This document shows positions 40,433 through 50,923 of a stretch of 64,000 bases of DNA, piece by piece. The notes under the pieces are model-generated. The model was not told the origin of the DNA. It saw nothing but the letters and a program-made list of their open reading frames with translations, and made no database searches. Both the position numbers and the translations under genes were made by a program. The stretch lies in contig OX597825.1 of NCBI GenBank assembly GCA_951406725.2, positions 47,926,001 through 47,990,000 on the forward strand, in the 5' to 3' direction. The stretch's first letter is position 1; the number at the start of each line of letters is the position of its first letter. The stretch is from Octopus vulgaris. Taxonomy: Eukaryota.

Positions 40433-41227
40433 ATGTTGTTAATTAGAAGTATACCCAGAAGCGATTATTGCAGTATAGGGGTGTACTATTATGCTAAATG
40501 CGTTTGGGAAAACCCAAATGTCAAAAGACCTTTATTGCTAAAACTGTCTCCTTATAGACAATGTTTAAAAAAAACACACCACTGGGCCGTAAATGATGTC
40601 ATCGGAATGTAGAACTTGGCAGTAGTTCCATATTCTAAATACAGAGAGTGAAGTGTATTTCTCTAGGTTTGTCATTTTTTTTCTTTCTGTCAGTAACAAA
40701 CAGCCATGATTACCTTTCGGCGAAAGCATCTGAAACTATTGTTGCCTATAAAAAAAATACTTTTTGTTGTGGTTTTTTGTTACTCATTTATATCACCAAA
40801 ATTCATAGTAATCTAATTCAAATTCCAAATTTAATTTAACTTGAATAAGTGACATCATTGGATAGGGAACTGGACATCAGAAATGTTCAGTTTGCTATTT
40901 CTGCTATTGCTTGCAGCATGCACTTGAATATCCTTCATACTATGTTTCTGGGTGGTTGCTTGTGCTGAAATGAATTCAGCTTAACCACCTTATTCCTCAC
41001 ACTACATTATATAGCAGTAAAGTTAGTATGGAAATAGTATTCTAAAAGTTGAAGTATTCTAGAAATGCCAGTGAATATGCTGAATCCTGTCAAATGGATT
41101 TTTTGGTTGCTGACATCTTCAGCAGGTTTTATAATAAAAGTCGAATATTTTAAGTAGATAATAACAAACAATTTATTTGTACATAGTTGAACTTTTTTTC
41201 TCTAATTTTTTATTTCTGTTTTTATAG

Positions 41228-41358
41228 CTCGAGATAGGTGCACAATCTCTTGTCGACCAGTTGGATTCAGTTTTTATGCCCGAATTGTAAGTGGTGTTCC
41301 CGATGGAAGCATCTGTTTCCCAACATCAGATCATATTTGTGTAAATGGTCTCTGCAAG
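41228..41358 (+). CDS. Next exon of the same ADAMTS/ADAMTSL-family gene (cysteine-rich domain)
   Basis: Acceptor ttttatag, then (P)RDRCTISCRPVGFSFYARIVSGVPDGSICFPTSDHICVNGLCK, then donor gtaaga. Phase 1 joins the previous exon exactly (C+CT = Pro). Matches C...C...G..FY.....V.DG..C......ICV.G.C. Confidence 0.9.
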
Positions 41359-42193
41359 GTAAGATCTATTTCGCCTTTAAAAATCTATCTCACTGAACAG
41401 AACAATTGCAATTGCAAACTTTTCTTAACAAAAAGTTTTCTCCTTTATGAAGTTTTGTATAATGGAAGTAGCATAGAGGCAAGTGTGTTTGACCAATCGT
41501 ACATGTCAAATGACAAAGCCAATTCTTTGAGATGTTCGTTCCTTTTGTTATTTATTCTTAACTTAATCCAGTTGCAGTAACTTTAACCATCATGTATCCA
41601 AATATACCTATGACAATGAATATATCATCTAATGTATCCATCTGTTTCTAGTGGGTGGTCAAGTGTGTTTAGATTGACTCAAAATTGTCGTTCTTTTTCT
41701 ACTGGTCAGTTCCATTGGCCAGCCGTGTTAATATCACAGCCAACTTGTTGGTCATTATATTTTTATGGTCTACTATTGAAGTGAATCCGTGTTCTTGGTC
41801 TACTTTTTAGATGTCAGCTGGTTACATAAACATAAACACTGTGTATTTTAGGATCAGTTGGTCCACACTCTTGGCTGTTGGTCATAATATCCTCAAATAT
41901 ATAGCAATATTTCTATCTCTACCAATATAAATACGTGTGTGTGCATGTGCGCGCGCGTGCGTGTTTGACCCCATACACACACACACACATACACACACAC
42001 CACTGCTTCACAATAAGCTTGGTTTGATTACACCACCGTAACTTAGTGGTTTGGCAAAGAGAAACCGAATGCATAAGTGCCAGATTTAGAAAATACAAAT
42101 AAGTACAGGGGTCGATTCGTTCGACTAAAATTCTTCAAGGCAGTGACCCAGTATGGCTGTACTCTAATGACTAAAACAATTAAACAATAAATG

Positions 42194-42227
<34 letters not shown>

Positions 42228-42638
42228 TCATGTTTATGTATTTGTTTTTCAAGATTCCTTATATGAGTCGCTGAAGTGGCCACAGGTGTGTAATGGACAT
42301 AAAATAACAACAATAATAAACAAGTGAAGAACGAATATATAGTGAGAACGAATATATAGTGTATGTGTTTATTTAGCAAGAAACAATAAACGACCAGCCC
42401 AAAATATAGCATATATATATATATATCAATTGAAATAGCGGTTAAAATAACCACCTTAAGGGATAGAAAATATCCAATGAATTACTGGTTTGTTAACCTA
42501 TTATTTTGTTGTGAATAGTAATATTTCTAAAATGACAGGTTTAAATATAAATCTTGGTTTATAAATATTCAAATTAAAATCCAGAAAATGGAAAACTAGC
42601 ATTAATATAATTTATTAACTGCGAAAATTCGACATGTT

Positions 42639-42722
42639 CTCCCACAGCTGTTTCGATTTTGCCCAAAAGAATTAAATTCCAGTAATTAAAACATTTTATT
42701 GGGCAAAATCTCGTCACTGGAG
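42639..42722 (-). ncRNA. Degenerate hammerhead-like motif
   Basis: Perfect 12-bp stem II (gattttgcccaa/ttgggcaaaatc) between GTGACGA and GAAA-cagctg. Core and cleavage site deviate from consensus. Confidence 0.45.
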
Positions 42723-42939
42723 TAAAAATAGACATATCGTTAGGTTATTACATGTTATTCTTCCAAAACATCTCAACAGATATCTGTTTTGCGGGTGCCG
42801 CCGCTTTATGAAGTCGGCAGTCTTATCGTTAAAGGCATGAAACTGAGTATTAGTATTTTGGTCGATAACTGATGAAGAATCGGGGTCCTTCTGTGTCTGT
42901 CCTCCGTGTACGGTTTGCAGTATTTAATGCATCTTCCAT

Positions 42940-42971
<32 letters not shown>

Positions 42972-42975
42972 TATA

Positions 42976-43476
42976 CTAGCAGTATCGCCCAGCGTTGCTC
43001 GGGTTTGTAAGGGAAATAACTATATAAGCATTTTTAGCGAGTTACTTCCCTTATAGATGCCAATTCGGGCTTTCTTAGCCATTTCTGTTTTGGTGTCTTC
43101 AAGCCATGAAGTCGTTGTTCTAAAAGAACGCTGGTCTCCTTGACAACGCTTTACGACGTTGATTTCCTTACACTCCCTTCCCCACAGCTTCACGAGGGAG
43201 GGAAGAAGGGGGAGAAGCAAACAGGTGCAGCTGTAAGCGTGGACGCCAACTCTGCCGCCATCGACACACGAAAAATTATGCATTAAAATGGAATAAAAAA
43301 GGATGTTAAATTATTTTTAAAATCGCAGACTCATCGTAGACGCGCGCTAATACTCAGACGGGCTCGATATGAATCACGACTATAAGATACCCGAATTTGG
43401 TTAAACTACACCGCAAAATGTGGGAGTAGTTAGGAATCTAAATCGAAGGGGACAGACACTCACACAACTACAGTTT

Positions 43477-43487
<11 letters not shown>
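42976..43487 (-). mobile_element. Non-autonomous Helitron
   Basis: The minus strand ends with hairpin cccgagcaacgctggg, a spacer and CTAG|T. The 5' end reads tatatataaaactgtagttgtgtgagtgtctgtc. Confidence 0.8.
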
Positions 43488-43507
<20 letters not shown>

Positions 43508-43989
43508 ATTGTGTGTGTGTGTCTTTAAGTGCTACTTATAGTTCCATATATTAAGAAATACTCAAACATATTCTTCAGGCACAAACCACATATCCTAACG
43601 AACTAAAAACAAATTGAATAGAAGAAACACGAAAAAAAAAGAGGCTAAAAAGTCAGCATATAGAAAACGCAGAAAGTAAAAAGCGGGAAACGAAAAACGG
43701 AAAATGAAAATACAAAAACTAAAATGTAAAAAGTAAAAAGTAAAAATGTGCAAGAGCCATCCTCCTTAGACCTTAAATTATATAATGTATACATACAAAA
43801 ATATCGAATGGAGAACGTTTTTATTTGGCAACTGGAGATTGGGTTGTTATTGATCAATGTAGGTCGCATAGTGTTGTTGATATTAGTATTCATACAGTAG
43901 TGACATTAGAAAAAGATAGAAATTTCAATCTGCATTTCTAGGACAAAGTGGTTTGACAACTCACTATCTAGGGGATAAAGAAAGAATTG

Positions 43990-44392
43990 GTATCAGCATC
44001 AGTTGTGACCATCGATGAGGTAAAATATTCTCTGCAAATCAGTCAAGGTTCTAGATACGAAACCGCCCACGACAAATTTTGTTTTCATAAAGTCTAGGCA
44101 AGATGGATGCCAAGAGAACTTACCGAAGTGCATCAGCTCTGTTGTGTGGAGATCTGTAACGGCTTCATTCGACCGCTACAACGATGAAGACGACGCTTTT
44201 TTTTTGGAGAGAATAGTCACAGGAGTTGAGACCTGGGTCCTTCACTTTGAGCAAAAATCCAAAACCTGGAATCGTAGCAAAAAAGAAATTCGAGACTCAA
44301 CCTTCCGCATAAAGTGATGCTAACAGATTTTGAGACGCAAAAGAGACTATACTGGAACATTACTTGCAAAAGGGGGTTACAGTCACCAGTGT
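43990..44392 (+). mobile_element. Mariner transposase internal fragment
   Basis: ARWMPRELT, RIVTGVETWVLHFE and KVMLT remnants. Confidence 0.7.
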
Positions 44393-44419
44393 AGGTGTAA
44401 TGAAAATGGTATTTTCCTT

Positions 44420-46051
44420 CCCACGTGACCAAGTGGTATAGAGTCAAACAGTCAGTCGTTGTAGAGTAATATTTGGTGAGTTAAAGTTGTATTATTTGCT
44501 GGCGTTACATTGTTGTTTGATTTACAGTTGTTTAATTGTTGTAGTGTTCCTTGAACACTTTTGTCAACTGTTCTGTGCTGCCTTGAAGCAGCTAGAATGA
44601 TGCTGTATAAAGATTACAGCTCTTCGAGGCTGTCTTCTTCGGAGGAGGAACTGGTGAATGCAATTAAGGAGATAGGCGGAAAATGGACAAAAACAAGAGC
44701 TACTCAAGTGCCACGGAAGTAGAAAATAAAGAAGTCGACCTAACAAACAAAGAATTAGAGGATAATGCTGCGTTGTGGTGATGTAGAAGTGTCACCACTC
44801 CAAGGAATTTTAGAAGGAATACAAGAGAAGACTATCATCTACAAGGTCTATTCCATTGAGGAAATGAAAATAGAAGTAATGGCAATAGAAAATATAGAAA
44901 AAGCACTAAGACCTATCTGGCAAGATATAACATATCTTGCCAGGGGAAACAGAGAAGCAGCTAAGGCAAAGCGAATTTCGGCGACCCCATTGAGAACAGA
45001 AAATGTGGTGCTTCTATTCACGTACCTTGAAAGGATAGCTTCCAGGGTGAGGGTAGAAGGAATTCCACCTGAAATTGGAGTGACTTAAGTAGCGGCTGCT
45101 GTTCTCCTAGGCAATGAGAACAAAATATCCTCCAAGTCACTAAAACAGAAGATATGAACTGGAAGGGACAGATGCTGGAGAGCCTAGAAAAAAATGGTAG
45201 AGTCGATAACGGTCGGAGATAGAGTATTGAGAGTTATGATGGAGGGCAGAATCCCTCGATGCCTCAAATGTTGCCTAGAGAGCCACATTAGAGCGGACTG
45301 CCTTTCACTAATGGAGAGGAACCAAGAAAGAATACAGGAAGTAACAGCAGAAAAGGATGTACCAACGGAGGAGGTGAAAGATGATGATGTATCATGGAAA
45401 ACTGTAGAGAATAGAACTAAAAGAAAGCGAATCAAACCCACACCCATCCCATCCACACCTCAACCTCCCCCTCCCGGCACCAGACCCACCCACTCCCCTC
45501 CGACACAAAAACAAAAAAGGAAAACACTGACACACAAGGACCCCCAAACTACCCCTCCTCAGCCAAGGAAGAAAGTTGTGTTGCTTGTATATTGATCGAA
45601 GGTGCAAGTAAGGAACTAATACAGGAAGCAGTGTGTATGAAAGACGCTGTGTTGGTTGATTTTAAGGGAGATGTAAACATTAATGGGTGGCACTCGGGCG
45701 TGTTATTGTCAGAAAAGCAAAAAGAAAGACTGTTGTTTTATGTCCCTAGAAAGATATAATAGTGGGTTCACGGTGTGGAAGGTGAACATAAACAAAAGCA
45801 ATTTGCCGGAGGAAATATTATACATGGATCTCACAAAAAGACCAAAATAGACATTCTAAAAGGAACAGTGTTCAAAGTAGAAGGAAGTAAGTGAAGTTGC
45901 TTGCAGTGGGGCGAGTAACTTTGTTTTCATTTTTCATTTCCATTGTCACTCATGTTTTATCATACGCTTTTTCTTTTTTTCTCTGTTGTTTTATGTCCCC
46001 ACATGTCCTTGTATCGACCCCTCTATTTTCGCCCTCTCGTGAACAAAAAAA
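44420..46051 (+). mobile_element. Element with a disrupted L1/Tx1-like ORF1 (CCHC knuckle), a short poly(A) end and no ORF2
   Basis: TY..RIASRVRVEGIPPE...GDRVLRVMMEGRIPRCLKCCLESHIRADC followed by a low-complexity tail. Ends ...ctcgtgaacaaaaaaa. Boundaries are approximate. Confidence 0.6.
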
Positions 46052-46410
46052 TCAGGTCAGTAGTAGTGGGGTCGTTGTATGAGTTCTCAGTTGGAGTCAG
46101 TGTCAGTGGTTAGACACGAGTTCCAGTTACCATCAAGGTAGAAGTTTCAAAGTCATTGTCTTGCAGAGCTGTCAGCGATAGCACGATGGACAAGTGAAAG
46201 ATAATAAGACACGGAATACCGCTACAACATAATAGGACCGACAATAACGCACAAGTGGACGAGGATTCACATTATAACAATAGGCTAAAGTGAAATAATG
46301 GCTAACAAGCTGAAACGAGTAATTCACACAAAACACCAACACTGGTTGTCGAGCGGTGGTGAGGGACAAAGATATACCCACATAGATATTTACATACATA
46401 CATACATACA

Positions 46411-46660
46411 TAAATTAAATTAGAGATAAAACCACTATTAGGCAAATCAAACAGTGAAAGACATAAACCAAAAAATAAAAATAAATATAATTAATACAAA
46501 ATAAATAAAATATAAAATTTAAAATTTGAATTATTTAAATTTAAAATTTTATATTTTATTTATTTTGTATATTATATTAATTATATTTATTTTTATTTTT
46601 TGGTTTATGTCTTTCCCTGTTTGATTTGCCTAATAGTGGTTTTATCTCTAATTTAATTTA
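46411..46660. repeat. AT-rich palindrome of about 250 bp
   Basis: taaattaaattagagataaaaccactattaggcaaatcaaacag...ctgtttgatttgcctaatagtggttttatctctaatttaattta. Confidence 0.9.
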
Positions 46661-46730
46661 TATTTATACTGTAAAATTTGATTTAATTCTAAATCTAATT
46701 TTTCCCTGTAAGTTTGGATATACTCCCTAA

Positions 46731-46774
<44 letters not shown>

Positions 46775-46821
46775 CAATTGCAGCGTGGAAGGTGTTTGTA
46801 AGCCATTTAAGAAACACACAA

Positions 46822-46968
46822 AAGCCGTTCGATTCACTTCAACATTTAAGTTTAATTTGTCAAAATATTTTCGTCGCTAAAATCCACGACCTGTTCACTG
46901 ACAAAAATCCGTGCTGCATCTCGTTTCAGCACACGATCTCAGATCAAATCACTTGCTATGCGAGTACA

Positions 46969-47036
<68 letters not shown>

Positions 47037-47183
47037 TGTACTCGCATAGCAAGTGATTTGATCTGAGATCGTGTGCTGAAATGAGATGCAGCACGGATTT
47101 TTGTCAGTGAACAGGTCGCGGATTTTAGCGACGAAAATATTTTGACAAATTAAACTTAAATGTTGAAGTGAATCGAACGGCTT
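46822..47183. repeat. Near-perfect ~360 bp palindrome with a (CT)n(TA)n(GA)n centre
   Basis: Arms 46822-46970 and 47034-47183 differ at about two sites. Confidence 0.92.
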
Positions 47184-47229
47184 ATATATATATATATATA
47201 TAACATATATATATAACATATATATATAT

Positions 47230-47670
47230 TTTTGCGTAATGAGATAAAAATCCAAGGCTGTGTAGATATTAGAACATTTATAGATAGAAGGTCTTACAGC
47301 TGTTTCCAGGATATTTATTAATGATATCCCTTCATCGGAGACGGTGTGAGAGGATGGTTAAGTCATAGTTAGTTTAGATGTGATATAAAATAGAGTGAGG
47401 TGGAGGAAAGAAAATGGATGCAAGATATGTAGGGATATTGAAGTTGTAGATCCATTTTTTAGGCAGAATGGTATACATGTAAGATTCCAATACCTTATGA
47501 GTAAAGTCCAAAAGTCCAACAGAGTTTAAAATAGGTCCTTCCAAATATAGAGTTTATACACAATGCAAGATTCCAATGCCTTATGAGTGAGATCCAGCAG
47601 TTCTTAAACTTGGTCATTCCAACTAGAGAATTTATACAGTGTTGTAGTGTCAAAGGTTTTTATTTAAAGA
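47230..47670 (-). mobile_element. Penelope-like terminal repeat copy with a hammerhead motif at 47291-47342
   Basis: Reverse complement of 9540-9990. Confidence 0.6.
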
Positions 47671-49544
47671 CTTTAGATAAAAACCTAAGATCTGCTTCTG
47701 TCAGTGACTAGCTATTTTGCTTGTTGCAAATCAGTGAGTGATGGACACTTTGTTTACAATATATCACTGGCAGAAGCGGCTCTTAGCTATCATTCCACTG
47801 TGTAGGTGCATGCACTGGCGTGAACCAAATACCTTGGGACCAGCCAGGCCTGTGATCCTGTCAGCTGTTTGAGGGTAGTAGGAGTTCCGCTCCCTCTGCT
47901 AGCAATATATTGTATATAAAGGGTGCAGAACTTGCACCGAAAACCAGCTGGTGGAGAATCTGCCTGGGGTTAACCTAGTAGTAACATTCATCTGCCGCTT
48001 TGATGTCGAAACTCATTTACTGTTTAGTACTGTTTTAATGTGGCTACTTGCTTTACTGTTTAGTATACTTAGTATTTATCCAGGTAAAAGAATAATTAGT
48101 GTGATATGAATGCAGGTTAAAAAGAATGCTCCAGAGACTTTGCCAACCATATACAATGTTAAACAATGTAGAAAGGAGACAGTAGCAGGAAATGTGATAA
48201 CTGCCTAAACCTGATTGAATAAAATATTTAGTTAGAAGTTCATTGAGTGAAACCTGGTAGAAATGACCAAAAGAAGGTGGACAAGGCTGGTTCATAGTAA
48301 GAGCTGTAGACAAAGATAAAATGTTAGTGCAGTAGTGGATGTTATTGAGGGTAAATGGGCAGAGATCACGTGTTTTTTCCTATGTATGATCTGTGTGTGT
48401 GTGTGTGTGTTTGTACAGTGATAAAGAAAAGAAAATATACTCTAAGTACTTCATAAGTAAGGCAGCATTTAATTTTGTATTTATGATGATAGGACAGTCT
48501 CTAGATAACATTTTACCAGTACTGTCAAGAGTTCAATCCTTCAGTGAGTAATTTGCAGTATATTGTGGCAGGAGATCTCATTATTTATCTGTTCACCTCA
48601 CCTAATTTGAGGGCAATAAATAACAGATCTTTATGATTGTAATCTGGGAGAGTGCTTATTTCTCTCCTGTTTAATGTAACCAAATCCAGATTGAGTTAAT
48701 GATTTATTGAAAATTACAACCAGAATTTTGGTAAGAATATCCTTTCAGATTTAATATCTCTCCCAACATCAATAAGACCAGACATCAACATCCTGTTTAA
48801 GGTTCTCATAATCTAGAATTGATTCCTGCAAGAATTATTTCAATGAAGATTGGCAGACTGCCCAGTTTTATATAATCTGATAATTTTAGCTGGATCAACA
48901 GCAAGGTGTGTCTTTAGATAACCATTCCTTTATAGTATTACATTCTATTTAAAGACTCTTATCTTCTATCTCATTTGAAATAACTGTACTCTCCCCCACA
49001 CACTCTTTCTTTCTCTCTCTTTCTCTGAGTATTTTGTTTCTGTGTACTTGTGTGTAGCAGATTATATCACTTTATTCTCAGGTTAAAGCAGTTATTACAG
49101 TTCCTGTTGATATCTCCTGTCTGCAATATTTAACATTCCATATGTTTGGCAACATTTCTGGAGCACTCATCTTTACCTTCATTCTTGTGACACTGTTCTT
49201 TTACCTGAATAAACATAAAGTTGACAGTATTTTTAGCATTCACTGTATTTTCCAAATTCAATTCAAACAATTTCATTTTCAAATATTTTACTTATAATAT
49301 TGGCCTCATCATATTTCACATTTAATTATGATTAAAATCTTCATAAGCTACTCTTAATAGTTGTTCTTAGCTCTTGCATTAGTAATATTAAGACAATACT
49401 ATGTAAATCTGGTTACAACACTGGATTTTAAATGCAACATTCTCAGAAAGTTTAGTATTAATCTGTAATCAAATCCCTCAGACATAAGAAAATATAGCAA
49501 TCCCAGCAGACAAAATTACATGTAGCATAAATAATCAACTAACA

Positions 49545-49930
49545 TATATTTATTTTAATTTTCATTGTTTATTATATTGTGAGAAAAAACAAAAGGAAAT
49601 ATTTATACCTGAGATGATTGATTTAATTTGACACAACTGAATAAGTATGACTATTCATGTATATGGCATGAGTAATGAATAAAACATGACTAATCAATAA
49701 AATTTATTTATTTTAATTTTCATTGTATATTATATTGTGAGGAAAAATGGAAAGACTTATACCTGAGGTGATTGATTTAATTTGACACGACTGAATAAGT
49801 ATAACTGTTCATGTATAAAACATGATTAATCAATAAAATATAATAAATGAATAAAATATGACTAATTTATAAAATGACTAATGGATAAAACATGTCTAAG
49901 CTATAAAATATGACTAACGAATAAAATATG
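49545..49930. repeat. ~150 bp tandem duplication plus ~20 bp units (aaaacatgactaatcaataa)
   Basis: Direct comparison of 49548-49700 with 49706-49835. Confidence 0.75.
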
Positions 49931-50043
49931 AGCCTTTTGTTATGGAGTATCAACTGAACCATACATATTTTCATTAAGTTAGACCATGGGCTGATAAGGG
50001 ACTTCAGTGTGGTCACTTGAACAGCTAAACATAGTACCCAGAT

Positions 50044-50358
50044 ACAGTTCTATATTCAAGAGATGAGGAATTATGTACATTATTTACAATTAACGGATAT
50101 TTGTCCTCATATAGCATAGTGGTTAAGAGCGTGGGCTACTAACCCCAAGATTCCAAGTTCGATTCCAGGCAGTGACCTGAATAATAATGATAGTAATAAC
50201 AACAATAATAATAATAATAACATCGAAAAATACCTTATGAGAACCCAGGTTCGAAATTTCCCCAAGACACCTGATGAAGGCAGGAGTGTATATCAGCCGA
50301 AACATTGTGTTGATAACAAACAAGATGAGGACAAATATCCGTCAATTGTAAATAATGT
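50044..50358 (+). mobile_element. tRNA-headed SINE with hammerhead motif, inverted 3' tail and 13-bp TSD
   Basis: TSD atagtacccagat at 50031-50043 and 50359-50371. tRNA-like head at 50111-50177. CTGATGA at 50271 and GAAA at 50299. 50076-50110 is the inverse of 50325-50359. Confidence 0.75.
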
Positions 50359-50488
50359 ATAGTACCCAGATTCCTTCAAATCAATCCTTCTGTCTTACAA
50401 CACAAAGGACACATTGGACAACATAGTCCTTAGATACCCTTTAAAATACAGGATGTTCATGGATGAAATGTCCTTTATCATAGATCTG

Positions 50489-50923
50489 AGGTGCAGAGAT
50501 GAGTGTGTGGTTAAAAAGTTTGCTTCCCAACCCATGTGATCTCAGACTCAATCTCACTCTGTGGGATTTTGTGCAAGTACCTTCTTTCATTGCCCTGGGC
50601 TAACCAAAAGCCTTGTGAATGTATTTGGTAGATGGAAACTGAAAGAAGCTTGTTGTGGGTGTGTGTACATGTTCGTGCCTGCATGTTCTTGTATGTTTGT
50701 AAGAGTATTTCCTTGTCTATATTTGTTGTTTCAATAACAGTGTCATTTGCTTGCAGTACATTGTTGTTTGTCATCTAATAGACTAGGAAATTATAACCAT
50801 ACATGGAAATAGGTAGAGGTTGGTGACAGGAAAAGCATTTGGCCATAGAAACTTTGCTTCAGCATTCTCCTGTCTGACTCATACAAGCCTAGTAAAATAG
50901 ACATTAAAATGATGATGATGATG
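50489..50923 (+). mobile_element. SINE with a family-A-like tRNA head and a different (GAT)n-ending tail
   Basis: The head aligns to the reverse complement of 1895-2055. The tail aligns to 57090-57220. Confidence 0.7.

Noticed and set aside
42865-42900. CTGATGA motif (also at about 2571 and 2812)
   Set aside because: No paired stem II followed by GAAA was found, so it is not called a hammerhead.
50111-50177. Possible tRNA gene
   Set aside because: No proper acceptor stem, and it lies inside a TSD-bounded repeat, so it is a SINE head.
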